Below are positions 41,890 through 55,409 of a stretch of 64,000 nt of DNA, in pieces (positions within the stretch are counted from its first letter, which is position 1; each line of letters starts with the position of its first letter). Where the stretch lies: contig JBCCEA010000001.1 in assembly GCA_039030515.1 (NCBI GenBank), positions 160,001 through 224,000 of the forward strand. Direction: 5' to 3'. The position numbers and the translations under genes are program-made. The DNA is from Myxococcota bacterium (lineage in GTDB: Bacteria; Myxococcota_A; Polyangia; Polyangiales; Houyiibacteriaceae). Below the pieces are notes generated by a model, which did not search any database, was not told the DNA's origin, and was given only the letters and a program-made list of their open reading frames with translations.

Positions 41890-42497
41890 GCGACGCCCCG
41901 GTGCTCGAGCTGCGGCGCGTGCTGCCGGAGCCAGGCCACCGCGACCTTCGACGCGGGCGTGATGAGGCCGCCGGCCTTCACCGTTCGCGCGGCGGCGATC
42001 AGCGTCGTCTCGGCGACGTCGATGTCGGCCTCGCGCACGCCGTAGCTGCGCAGGCGCTCGGCGAGCTCACGGGGGCTCCGGATGGTGCCCGTGTGCCAGT
42101 GGTGAAGCTCGAGGTTGCAGCGGTAGGCGTCGGCCTCGTAGGCCGCCCGGGCCGCGCGGCTGGACAGGTAGCGGAGCGCGAAGGTGAAGGTGCCGTCGCG
42201 GTCCTGCTGCTCGACGTGCTGGTGCTCGTGGACGCAGATGACCATCTGGCTCCACAGGCCGTGGCGAGGCGTCGGCGTGCCAGGGGTGAACGGCACGTAG
42301 ATCCGCCGCCCGATGGTCGTGGTGAAGCGCTCGAGGAGGGTCGCCGCGTCGAGCACGCCGATCCGCTCGAGGAACCAGCCGACGAGGCGCATCTCGGCCG
42401 CGCTCGACTTGTCGATGATGCGGGTCCCGTAGCGGGCCTGCATCGCGTCCCAGAACGCGGTGACCTGCGCGGCGGTCGGGTCGCTGGCCATGCTCAC
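41886..42497 (-). CDS. Zincin-like (HExxH) hypothetical protein
   Basis: [18 protein letters not shown] and YEADAY motifs. Confidence 0.7.
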   Translation of the reverse strand: MSMASDPTAAQVTAFWDAMQARYGTRIIDKSSAAEMRLVGWFLERIGVLDAATLLERFTTTIGRRIYVPFTPGTPTPRHGLWSQMVICVHEHQHVEQQDRDGTFTFALRYLSSRAARAAYEADAYRCNLELHHWHTGTIRSPRELAERLRSYGVREADIDVAETTLIAAARTVKAGGLITPASKVAVAWLRQHAPQLEHRGVA

Positions 42498-42766
42498 TCC
42501 TCCTCCGCCGGGCAGGCGACGTCAGGGGGCAGGCATGCATGACCAGCCGGGCCGAGCTCGTCGGCCGGGACCGCGCAGCACACCCACGCCGGCTCGTCCG
42601 CGCCCACCACGCCCGCGCAGTCCTCGGCGGGCGACCACCGCCCGTCGGCGTCGCAGACCTCGACGAAGCTGCCAGCGCAGCGGGTCTCGGTCGGCGTGCA
42701 GACGTGCATGGGCCCGCAGGCACAGAGCGTGGCGGTGAAGGCGGCGGTGGCGATCAGGTGCTTCAT
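42494..42766 (-). CDS. Small Cys-rich lipoprotein
   Basis: Signal peptide with lipobox LCAC, then eight further Cys residues. Confidence 0.7.
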   Translation of the reverse strand: MKHLIATAAFTATLCACGPMHVCTPTETRCAGSFVEVCDADGRWSPAEDCAGVVGADEPAWVCCAVPADELGPAGHACLPPDVACPAEEE

Positions 42767-43299
42767 TCGACCCTCGTGGGCGCGAGCTGCCGGGCCTCGA
42801 AGGTCACGAGCAGCAGGTTGCGACGGGGTCGGCTTCGGCCCAGCCCGAACCCGCGCGGCTGTGCCTGGTTCACGTAGAGCCCGGGCGGCGTGCGGATGGT
42901 CTGGACGAGCAGTCCTCCAAGGTCATAGAGCCCGGCGAGCCGATCGTTGGGACGGATGAGCGCGTCGCCGGTGGTCGCGTCGACCAGGCCGAGCCGCTCG
43001 AGGTCCTTGAAGTGGAAGACCAGGCTGATGTCGGAGCGCGGCGAGTCGCCGCTCGCCAACATCCGGAGGTCCTCGAAGACCCTCGGCTCGACCTGGCACG
43101 GCACCCGGATCGCGGGCAGCTCGGTACGCTCGCGCTCGGCGACGCCGTCGCCGTCGCGGTCGACGAGGACCGGCTCCTTGAAGTCCGGGTCGAAGCCGCC
43201 GGTCAGCGGGCCCGCCCCGTCGGGGTCGGCGCTCGCCATCGCCGCGGTGTCCAGCCGGCGCAGCTCGGCCAGGAACGGGAAGATGAGCCGGCCGCGCAT
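42763..43299 (-). CDS. Putative head closure / head-tail joining protein
   Basis: MRGRLIFPF start coupled to the upstream stop; position in the neck module. Confidence 0.6.
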   Translation of the reverse strand: MRGRLIFPFLAELRRLDTAAMASADPDGAGPLTGGFDPDFKEPVLVDRDGDGVAERERTELPAIRVPCQVEPRVFEDLRMLASGDSPRSDISLVFHFKDLERLGLVDATTGDALIRPNDRLAGLYDLGGLLVQTIRTPPGLYVNQAQPRGFGLGRSRPRRNLLLVTFEARQLAPTRVE

Positions 43300-43931
43300 C
43301 AGGCCGCCCCCATCGGCGCGGGGCGCCGGTAGCGCAGCAAGATGGCGTCGAGCTCCGGGTCGCCGGTCGGGCCACCGCCGCTGCCGGGGCGGTCGAGCTT
43401 GTAGCTCTGGTCGCGGGTGCGCTCCTCGATGATCCGCCAGCGGTTGCGGGCGTCGAAGCCACCGTCGTCGGCCAGCGGGTGCAGCCAGCGCAGCACGAGG
43501 AGGATGCACGCGCGGCGGATGGCGGCCGGGGTGCGCCCCTCCGCGGTCCCGTCGGGCTCGGTGTAGCCGAAGAGCCCAAGGGCCACGACGTTGCCGTGGC
43601 CGCGAGGGAAGCAACCGAGGCGGCGGGTCAGCCGGGGCGCGTCGAAGCCCGGTTCCACCGGCGCCCCGACGACGATCAGCTCGTCGGCGGAGAGCGAGAT
43701 GTCCGCGCCGTCGATGGCGACGCGGTCGAGGTGGATGGGCGGCGCCGGCAGCTCGAGCGAGGGCGCGCCACGGCCGTCGAGGGTCAGCGTCAGCGGGCGC
43801 GGCTCGAAGAACCACCCGGTGACGCGATCGATCTCGGCGGTGGCGGCGTCGATGAGCGCCTCGAGGCGGGCGTCATCGGCCTGTGCCACGGTGACGCCCT
43901 CGGCGCGCAGATCGGCGACGGTGGCGTACAC
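43299..43931 (-). CDS. Head-tail adaptor (gp6/gp15-like)
   Basis: [13 protein letters not shown]...ID..TG, P.AIRRAC and LL.YRRP motifs. Confidence 0.8.
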   Translation of the reverse strand: MYATVADLRAEGVTVAQADDARLEALIDAATAEIDRVTGWFFEPRPLTLTLDGRGAPSLELPAPPIHLDRVAIDGADISLSADELIVVGAPVEPGFDAPRLTRRLGCFPRGHGNVVALGLFGYTEPDGTAEGRTPAAIRRACILLVLRWLHPLADDGGFDARNRWRIIEERTRDQSYKLDRPGSGGGPTGDPELDAILLRYRRPAPMGAA

Positions 43932-43940
43932 CGGGTCCTC

Positions 43941-44306
<366 letters not shown>

Positions 44307-44324
44307 CGGTCAGTTCTCCATGGC

Positions 44325-45263
<939 letters not shown>

Positions 45264-45276
45264 GGGCGGGGGCTCC

Positions 45277-46128
45277 TTACAGGTCGTGAAAGGAGACCGC
45301 CTTGTCGACGCTCTCCCGATCCATCGGGTTGTTGAGGTCCATCGGCCAGCCCACCTCCTCGGGCGCGGCCTTGCGCACCGATTCGGGGCTCTGGCTGCTG
45401 TTGGGCAGGCCGAACTGCTTCTCGACGCGAGTGAGCCGCTGCTGCTGCTCCTTGACCGTGTCGGCCAGCGCCCGGAACGAGTCCCCCATCGCGGCGAGCG
45501 TGGTGGTGAGCTCGTCGGGCAGCTTCGCCGGCGCCTCGGTCGGCGCGGCCGTGGCCTCGGTCTCAGGCTCCGATGCTGGCGCGCTCGTCAGCGCTGCGAG
45601 CTGGGTCAGCGCCGCGCGGGCGGCCTGGAGGTGGTCGGCGAAGGCGTCGCCGTCCTTGGCGTCCGAGGGCTCCTCGGTCGGCTCCGTGTCCGTGTCGCCT
45701 CCGCCGGTCGCCGCCGGCTCCACGCCCGCGCGGGCGAGCAGCGCCTCGGCGGTCGCCTTGAGCTCGGTCGCCAGCGGCGCGAGCCGGGCGTCGGCCGCCT
45801 GGGCTCCCATCGCGCCGAGCAGCTCGACCGTGCTGGTCAGCCCCTCGAGCGCCGCCACGGCGGTGGCGAGGAGCGGATCCGGCGCGGTCGACTCGGGCTG
45901 ATCGTCCGAGGTGGTGGCAGGCGCCCCCTCTTCGGGGGCGGGCGCATCGGCCGAGGGCTCGGCGCCTTGCTCCTGGGTGTCGGTGTCGGCGTGATCGGCC
46001 ATGGGCGTGTCCCTCTTCACGATGAGAAAGCGGTGCTCGTTCGCCGCGCGGTCCACGAGCGAGACCTCCTCGACGACGATGTCGAGCAGGCGGTTGACGG
46101 ATCGGTCGGCCTTGCGCGGGTCACTCAT
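45277..46128 (-). CDS. Scaffolding protein carrying the N-terminal [10 protein letters not shown] protease strand
   Basis: Acidic, Ala-rich and coiled-coil; directly upstream of the capsid gene. Confidence 0.7.
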   Translation of the reverse strand: MSDPRKADRSVNRLLDIVVEEVSLVDRAANEHRFLIVKRDTPMADHADTDTQEQGAEPSADAPAPEEGAPATTSDDQPESTAPDPLLATAVAALEGLTSTVELLGAMGAQAADARLAPLATELKATAEALLARAGVEPAATGGGDTDTEPTEEPSDAKDGDAFADHLQAARAALTQLAALTSAPASEPETEATAAPTEAPAKLPDELTTTLAAMGDSFRALADTVKEQQQRLTRVEKQFGLPNSSQSPESVRKAAPEEVGWPMDLNNPMDRESVDKAVSFHDL

Positions 46129-47477
46129 GCGGCCTCCTCGGCGGGGGCGCCCGAGGGCTCCGCCTCTTCGGTGGCGGTGGGCTCCGGCACGCGGCGGGCC
46201 GAGCCTCCGATGGAGAAGCCCGTGAGCTCGCCGTCCTTCACGCGCCGCCAGAGGTCATCGGAGAGCACGCGCACGGCGAGCAGCCAGGTGCCCTTGGCGA
46301 TGGTCACGTCACCCACCTGGAAGGCGGTCGGCGCGACGTAGCTCTCGAGCACCCTCACGTGGTCGTTGACCCGCAGCTGGTGCATCAGGCCGAGGCCGCC
46401 GAACTCCTCCATGAAGCGGTGGGCTGCCTGGCGGACCTCCTCGTGGGAGTAGATGTCGCCCTGGGCGTCCACGCGCTCGGGCTCGAGGACCACGCCGAGC
46501 ACGTAGCGCTCGTCGTCGGGGTCCACCTCCTTGAGCAGCGTGCAGACCTTCTCGATGGGCGGGTCCGCAGCCGCCTCGGGCGCGGGCTCCCAGTCCTCGA
46601 GCCAGGCGTGGCCGTCCTCGTGCTTCTCGACGAACTTGTAGTTGGCGACGAGCAGCTGGGTGAGCACCGAGGGCCCGCCCACGCCGCGCATCGCCCCGAT
46701 GGTCCGCGGAGTGCGGATGCGCTTGATGTGGAACCCGGCGTCCTTGAGCAGCTTCGGCAGCTTGCCCCGGATGCCGTAGGTCATCAGCCACTTGCCCTTG
46801 AGCGACTTGAGCACCTCGAAGAAGCGCTCCTCGTCGAACTTGGACTCGCCGACGTCCACGTTGTAGCCGGGGTACGGCGGGTCGAGGAAGAAGGCGGTGT
46901 CGGCCCCGTCGTACTTGCGGACGACCGGCTCGTAGTCGCCGGAGTGGACCTTGACCTTCGCCAGGCGCGGCGCGTGCCGCTCCAGGCGGGCCATGGTCTT
47001 GGCCTCGATGCCCTGGACGTTCGGGCTGAACGTCCGGCCGCGCATCTTCCCGTAGGAGAAGTGGGTCAGGTACAGGAAGCGGTGCAGCTGCTCGAGCTCA
47101 CCACGAGGGCTGGCGTCGAGCAGGCGCTTGAACGTCGCCTCGTCGCCGGTCCAGGTCATCCCGCGCAGCTTCTCGAGCTTCTTCGGGTTGAGCTTCTGGA
47201 TGATGCGGAACGCCTTGCCGATCTCGGGGTCGGCGTCGTTGATCGCCTCGACCTCGGCGGGCTCCTTCTCGAAGAGCACCGCGGCCGAGCCGGCGAAGGG
47301 CTCCACGTACACGCGGTGCTTCGGCAGCAGCTTCACGAGCCGGGGCGCGAGGCGCTTCTTGCCGGCGGGCGAGCCCCAGATGGTCTTCTCCACCAGCTCA
47401 CCGTCCGCGCCAGCGGCGCCGAGCCCGTCGAGCACCGCGCGGGCGCGGTCCACGGCGTCCTGCACGTGGTCACCCAT
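46125..47477 (-). CDS. Fusion: Dam-like (D12 class) N6-adenine DNA methyltransferase + XkdF/S78-type prohead protease
   Basis: [16 protein letters not shown] and FLDPPY; C-terminal [29 protein letters not shown] and [10 protein letters not shown]. Confidence 0.88.
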   Translation of the reverse strand: MGDHVQDAVDRARAVLDGLGAAGADGELVEKTIWGSPAGKKRLAPRLVKLLPKHRVYVEPFAGSAAVLFEKEPAEVEAINDADPEIGKAFRIIQKLNPKKLEKLRGMTWTGDEATFKRLLDASPRGELEQLHRFLYLTHFSYGKMRGRTFSPNVQGIEAKTMARLERHAPRLAKVKVHSGDYEPVVRKYDGADTAFFLDPPYPGYNVDVGESKFDEERFFEVLKSLKGKWLMTYGIRGKLPKLLKDAGFHIKRIRTPRTIGAMRGVGGPSVLTQLLVANYKFVEKHEDGHAWLEDWEPAPEAAADPPIEKVCTLLKEVDPDDERYVLGVVLEPERVDAQGDIYSHEEVRQAAHRFMEEFGGLGLMHQLRVNDHVRVLESYVAPTAFQVGDVTIAKGTWLLAVRVLSDDLWRRVKDGELTGFSIGGSARRVPEPTATEEAEPSGAPAEEAA

Positions 47478-47781
47478 GGCGTAGCGCCTCCGGGTCACGC
47501 CCCCAGGTCAGCTCGGCGGCGTCACTGGCCGCCATGTCGCGGGGCCACCCCTCGTCGGTGGGGGCTCCCTTCTCGGTCGCCGACGGCGGCGCGGGCTCCA
47601 CCGCCTGCCGCATCGCGGCGGCGAGATCCGAGAGCTCCTTCGCGGCGTCAGCCGGCACCGGCACGTCGCCGGCCCGGTTGAGCTTGTCGACCACGGCGAC
47701 GAGCCGGCCGCCCAGCGCCTTGAGGGACGCGGCGACCTGGCGGGCCGTGGGGGTCTTGGCTTTCTCTGTCGAGGCGCTCAT
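47470..47781 (-). CDS. Small head-module protein with scaffold-like GWPxD motif
   Basis: First gene after a motif A copy; C-terminus resembles the scaffold C-terminus. Confidence 0.7.
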   Translation of the reverse strand: MSASTEKAKTPTARQVAASLKALGGRLVAVVDKLNRAGDVPVPADAAKELSDLAAAMRQAVEPAPPSATEKGAPTDEGWPRDMAASDAAELTWGRDPEALRHG

Positions 47782-47828
47782 GCGCGGGCTCCCGTTCGCT
47801 CCGAGTCGGCGGAGAGGTCTTCACGGGA

Positions 47829-47858
47829 GTAGAGCCGGGCCCGATTTCGAGTGGGACA
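47829..47858 (-). promoter_or_regulatory. Motif A copy (TGTCCCA-N14-CGGCTCTAC)
   Basis: Upstream of the protease, capsid, neck and sheath genes. Confidence 0.8.
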
Positions 47859-47870
47859 CGACGCCGGCGC

Positions 47871-48956
47871 TCACACCTCGGGCACGGTCGTCGTGCGGCA
47901 GAGCCCGTGGTACGGCGGGAAGCCGACGCCGAGGTCCATCAGCTCGCGGTTGCTCACGGCCCGGCCGTGCTCGCCCTGGTCGTCGACCGTGCCGACGCCG
48001 GAGCGGGTGACCTCGACGAGCGGCGTCCGCAGCCCACCGCGCTCGACGAAGAGCACGGGGTTGCCGGTCTGTGGGTCGAGGGACTCCCGGACCCAGGGCT
48101 GGGCGTCCTTCACGTCCTCGGGCCGCTCCAGGCGGTCGAGGGCGTCGAAGCGGCGGAGCGCGTCGCCCACCTCGAAGACCTTGCCGTGCAGGTAGCGGCA
48201 GATATCGGTGGTCTGCTCGTCGAGCACCGCCTCGATGAGGTAGCGGGTGATGCCCGCCTCGGCGTAGCTGCTGATCTGGGCGTAGGTGCGGCCGTTCCCG
48301 ATGAACGCTCCGGCCACGACGTCCCAGTAGAAGGCGGAGCGCGCGACGAAGGTGTCCTGGGCTGCGGCCTGCAGCGCGGCCGAGATGTCGTCGCGGCCGA
48401 GGCCCGCCTCGAGCCCCTCGGCGACGACGCGGCGCGCGTCTGCGCCGAAGCCATCGATCCGCCGCCCGAGCTCGTCGGTGACGAAGTTGACCTGCGTCCG
48501 CACGACGTGGGCGGTGATCCGGCGGTCGACCGCGTTGAAGTCGGCCCCGATGGCGAGGTTGTGGACGCGGCGGCCGTGGCTGCGGGTGGCCGAGACGACC
48601 TCGTCCGCCGCGGGCCCGAGGGTGGTCTGGATGCGCGCCGGGATGAGGGCGGTCGCGCGGCCGGCGGCGTTCATCGCCTCCGAGACGAGCCGCCGCCTCT
48701 GGGCCGGCGTTGTCCGATGCCAGTCCACGTCGAGCACGTCCACCGCGGCGCGGACCGCGTCCCGCTCCGAGCGTCCCGCCTGCTGGCGAAGCTCGGCCGC
48801 GAGCGACGCGACGGCTCGGTCGAAGCCGCGGGCCGTGCCGAGATCCATCGCCTTGGCCACCGGCTCCCCGAGCAGCTCCGCCGCGAGCGAGCTGGCGACG
48901 CGGTGTGCCTCGGCGACGACGGCGAGGGCGTCAGCGGTACCGCACGTTCCGCACAT
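47871..48956 (-). CDS. MuF/SPP1 gp7-family head morphogenesis protein
   Basis: AVLDEQTTDICRYLHG and PPYHGLCRTT motifs. Confidence 0.85.
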   Translation of the reverse strand: MCGTCGTADALAVVAEAHRVASSLAAELLGEPVAKAMDLGTARGFDRAVASLAAELRQQAGRSERDAVRAAVDVLDVDWHRTTPAQRRRLVSEAMNAAGRATALIPARIQTTLGPAADEVVSATRSHGRRVHNLAIGADFNAVDRRITAHVVRTQVNFVTDELGRRIDGFGADARRVVAEGLEAGLGRDDISAALQAAAQDTFVARSAFYWDVVAGAFIGNGRTYAQISSYAEAGITRYLIEAVLDEQTTDICRYLHGKVFEVGDALRRFDALDRLERPEDVKDAQPWVRESLDPQTGNPVLFVERGGLRTPLVEVTRSGVGTVDDQGEHGRAVSNRELMDLGVGFPPYHGLCRTTTVPEV

Positions 48957-49236
48957 CGGGGCCCTCCTCGAGCTCGGCGACCGAGTCGGTCACGTGGAGC
49001 GTCACGTTGCAGAACACGCAGCGCACCGGCGCTGAGAAGCTGACCCGCTCGCCGTCCTCGCTCTCGGTGATGAGCTGGCCCTGGTGCTGGTGGAACACGG
49101 CGTTGACGAAGCCGCAGCGGGGGCAGCACAGGTGGTAGGCGATGAGCAGCTGCCGGCGGTCCTGAGACACGCGGCGCAGCTCACCGCGATCAAGCCGGCA
49201 TGGCCACTTGGCGACGACGCGGAGTGGGTGGCTCAT
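48931..49236 (-). CDS. Small Zn-ribbon protein
   Basis: CPRCG and CVFC motifs; coupled start at 49236. Confidence 0.65.
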   Translation of the reverse strand: MSHPLRVVAKWPCRLDRGELRRVSQDRRQLLIAYHLCCPRCGFVNAVFHQHQGQLITESEDGERVSFSAPVRCVFCNVTLHVTDSVAELEEGPDVRNVRYR

Positions 49237-49479
49237 CCGTGCCCTCCGACGATGAGCGGTGTCCTCGACCGCGCCCGGACCTCGATCCCATCGGGCGTCG
49301 GCCGCATCAGCAAGTCGTGGGCGCCAGCGCACCGATCGCAGAGCGCGAACACCAGCTGCCCGTTGCGCCACAGGGTGGTCGTCTCGTCGAGGCCCGCCTC
49401 CTGCCTGCACGTCCGACAGGCGATGACGCCGCGCTCGGCGTCGAGCTGGGCCTGCTTCGCCCAGGCCCGGGAGAGAGCG

Positions 49480-49490
<11 letters not shown>
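49233..49490 (-). CDS. Small Zn-finger protein
   Basis: CRTC and CDRC motifs; overlaps both neighbours. Confidence 0.65.
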
Positions 49491-51284
<1,794 letters not shown>

Positions 51285-51288
<4 letters not shown>

Positions 51289-51500
51289 CCCTCGTCCTCG
51301 ACGTAGGCCACGAGCCCCGTGGGCGTGAACGAGATGGCGCGCTCGCGGTGGAAGCCCGCCTCAGCCAGCGCCTGCTTCGCCGCAGGCAGGAGCCCGTCGA
51401 GGGTCCGCGCCTCGACGCTCAGCGTCGGTCCCGGGCGGGTGGGCCCCGCCGGGTGCTTGGGCGAGACGACGAAGACCTTGAGGTCGTGGCAATGCGGCAT
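51285..51500 (-). CDS. Small hypothetical protein
   Basis: Follows a motif A copy; coupled to the portal gene. Confidence 0.6.
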
Positions 51501-51544
51501 GCGGCGGCTCCGGTGGAGGGGCCAGGTCGGCCTCGTTCACCGGA

Positions 51545-51575
51545 GTAGAGCCGGGACAGGAGCAAGTCTGGGACA
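51545..51575 (-). promoter_or_regulatory. Motif A copy (TGTCCCA-N15-CGGCTCTAC)
   Basis: Upstream of the portal operon. Confidence 0.8.
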
Positions 51576-51653
51576 GCACCGCTTGTCTCCGACAAGTCCT
51601 TCGGCGATCTTGATGTGCAAAATCACGGTGGTGCGTTCAACGAGAGTCACGAG

Positions 51654-52910
51654 ATGAAGCTGCCCTTCGAAACCTGGCTGGAAAGCTCCGAGGTTCCCTC
51701 TGAGGCCGACGTCGCCTACCGCGAGTCGGTGATCAGCTACAAGGCGGGGGCGTACCGAGCGGGACTGCTCTTCGCCTATGTTGGTACCGGGCTCTGGCTC
51801 CGACGACGGCTCATCGCGGCCACATGCCCGGCAGGAATTCCAGCCGGCCAATGGGCAGCGATTCAGCGCGATCTGCAAGATGACAACAAGTGGGATGCGA
51901 CGGTGTTCGACTGCACTCAGATGCGCGCACCGAAGGACATCTTCAGCGTGGACGACCACGTGCGCGACGAGTTCAAGTACTGGAAGAATCGCAGGAACGA
52001 CTGCGCGCACTTCAAGAGCAACATCATCGCCGCTTCCCACGTCGAGTCATTCTGGCTATTCTTGCAGTCCAGCATTGGGCGTTGGGTGCCGAACGGAAGC
52101 GCCCAGGACCTGATCGAGCGACTCGCTCGCCACTTTGATCCGAACCTCACGCCCCCCGGCACCGATGTCGGACCACTCGTGGCGTTGGTGCCGCACGCGG
52201 TTCCGCACGCCGAACTACCGGGCTTCTTCGATTCGCTGGAGACGCGGTTCACCAGAACCCTCGGTACGTTCGCGATGGTCAACCGGGATGCACTCATCCA
52301 CATACACGAGGCGATCTTGCGCGGGGCCAACGCCGTCGTGGCCCCGGCATCGATTACGTGGCTCCTGGGACACCCGGACATCCTGGTAGGGGTTCTGAGA
52401 AAAAGCGCCAGCCACGTGCTCTGTCTGTCGGGTCGTGCGACCGAGGTCCGCAAGCTCTGGCGGACGCAGCTCTTCGATGGCGGCCACCAGGACCTCGGGG
52501 TCGTTGCCGCGCTGCTCAGGAACAACTTGATTCCCTCCGCAGAGATAGCTGAGGCCATCGAGACGACGGTTGGGAAGCTCAACGGCGACATTCCGTCTGC
52601 GATCGACGAGCCGGTCCTGGCTGCACACGGCTTTTGGAGCCGCTTCCACGATCACGCCGTCCTGAACCGCCAAATGGACAAGTTCGAATGGGGGAACCGC
52701 AACGCGGGACTCATTGCATGGCGGGTCCAGAATGCCCCAATCGACCGCGAGACCGCAGAGGCTATCTGCGGGGTGTTCTCCTGTGAGCCATACCCTTTCA
52801 CCGTGCGAGATGCTCTGAAGGAGATGCTCGCGGGGAGCCCTGCAAAGATGTCTGAGCTGCAAGCTGCAGCGACCCAGGCCGGAACGAGCGTTCCCTCCGT
52901 GTTGACGTAG
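51654..52910 (+). CDS. HEPN-like (RxxxxH) protein, candidate abortive-infection moron
   Basis: E...Y..GAYRA helix and YWKNRRNDCAH; visibly weaker GC3 bias than the flanks; opposite strand. Confidence 0.65.
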   Translation: MKLPFETWLESSEVPSEADVAYRESVISYKAGAYRAGLLFAYVGTGLWLRRRLIAATCPAGIPAGQWAAIQRDLQDDNKWDATVFDCTQMRAPKDIFSVDDHVRDEFKYWKNRRNDCAHFKSNIIAASHVESFWLFLQSSIGRWVPNGSAQDLIERLARHFDPNLTPPGTDVGPLVALVPHAVPHAELPGFFDSLETRFTRTLGTFAMVNRDALIHIHEAILRGANAVVAPASITWLLGHPDILVGVLRKSASHVLCLSGRATEVRKLWRTQLFDGGHQDLGVVAALLRNNLIPSAEIAEAIETTVGKLNGDIPSAIDEPVLAAHGFWSRFHDHAVLNRQMDKFEWGNRNAGLIAWRVQNAPIDRETAEAICGVFSCEPYPFTVRDALKEMLAGSPAKMSELQAAATQAGTSVPSVLT

Positions 52911-52922
52911 GGCGTTCCTGGC

Positions 52923-54353
<1,431 letters not shown>

Positions 54354-54397
54354 CGCGGGCCTCGACCGTGGCGATGGCCGCTTTGCCTCGGACTCTG

Positions 54398-54427
54398 CTT
54401 GATAGGTGCCGCGAAGGAAGCGTGTAT
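54398..54427 (+). promoter_or_regulatory. Motif B copy (CTTGAT-N13-GAAGCGTGTAT)
   Basis: Plus-strand copy oriented with, and 37 bp upstream of, the recombinase gene. Confidence 0.72.
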
Positions 54428-54463
54428 GGCCTCGACGGAACGAACCTGAACCCCGGAGACGCC

Positions 54464-55078
54464 ATGACCGCCTACGCCGACCGCATCGCCCGCGCCCCCC
54501 GAACCCTCTCCGAGCGCGAGCAGCGCGCGCTGCTCGCCGTGACCGGACAGCACAAGGACGGGTTCCGCGACCACGTCATCTACAGCCTCGCCCTGGGCAC
54601 CGGCCTGCGCGAGCACGAGCTCCTCGCCCTCGACGTGGGCGACGTGTTCAGCGACGGCCGCGCGCGGCGGCGGGTGCAGCTGCGGGTGTTCAAGCGCAGC
54701 AACGACGACGTCGCCAGCCAGGAGGTGATCCTCCCCGACAACGTCCGCGCCAAGCTCGACAAGCTCTACGCCTGGAAGCGCCGGGCCGGGCAGCCCCTCG
54801 ACGACGACGCGCCGCTCTTCATGAGCCGCAAGGGCAACCGCCTCTCGACCCGGCAGGCCCGCCACGCCTTCAAGCGCTGGCAGGAGCGCGCCGGCTTCGA
54901 CCGGACCTTCAACTTCCACGCCCTGCGCCACACGGCCTGCACGAACCTCTACCGCGCCTCGCGGGACATCCGGCTCACCCAGCGATTCGCTCGGCACAAG
55001 ACGATCACCTCGACGGCGATCTACACGCACCCCACCGACGAGGACCTGATCCGGTCGCTCCAGCAGCTCACCTGCTGA
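54464..55078 (+). CDS. Tyrosine recombinase, catalytic domain only (204 aa)
   Basis: [26 protein letters not shown] (R-K-H-R-H-Y intact); RBS GGAG. Confidence 0.9.
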   Translation: MTAYADRIARAPRTLSEREQRALLAVTGQHKDGFRDHVIYSLALGTGLREHELLALDVGDVFSDGRARRRVQLRVFKRSNDDVASQEVILPDNVRAKLDKLYAWKRRAGQPLDDDAPLFMSRKGNRLSTRQARHAFKRWQERAGFDRTFNFHALRHTACTNLYRASRDIRLTQRFARHKTITSTAIYTHPTDEDLIRSLQQLTC

Positions 55079-55099
55079 GGCCCGGTGGCCACTCGCAGC

Positions 55100-55176
55100 G
55101 AGAAAATGAACGCCGCCTCGCCGAGCGCCCCCTCGCGGGGCGTTCACTTGTTCGGAGCTCGGGTGTTCATTTTCTC
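55100..55176. repeat. 12-bp inverted repeat GAGAAAATGAAC...GTTCATTTTCTC with an internal GTTCACTT copy
   Basis: Arms at 55100-55111 and 55165-55176; related AARTGAAC copies at 55504, 55524 and 55807. Confidence 0.75.
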
Positions 55177-55409
55177 CACCCGACCCCTGTCGAAATCGCG
55201 ACCAGGCACCCTCTCCGTATTCGCGCCCGCCGCGGAGTTTCGACCCTCCCCCCCGCCCCGCGGGCAGAGGGGCGCCTGATCTCGAGGCCGAGGCGAGGCC
55301 AGCCCCCGTGAACGAGGGAAAGCGGCCATTCGGCTCCGGGTCGAGGGGGCCTCCGAGCGCCCACAAACCCGCGAAACACCATGGCGGCGGCGAGGCGGAT
55401 GGCCGCTTT

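Noticed and set aside
46125..47477. Restriction-modification system
   Set aside because: No adjacent endonuclease; the MTase is fused to a head protease within the capsid operon.
54464..55078. The prophage integrase
   Set aside because: It lacks N-terminal arm/core-binding domains and lies mid-genome in the packaging module, not at a boundary.
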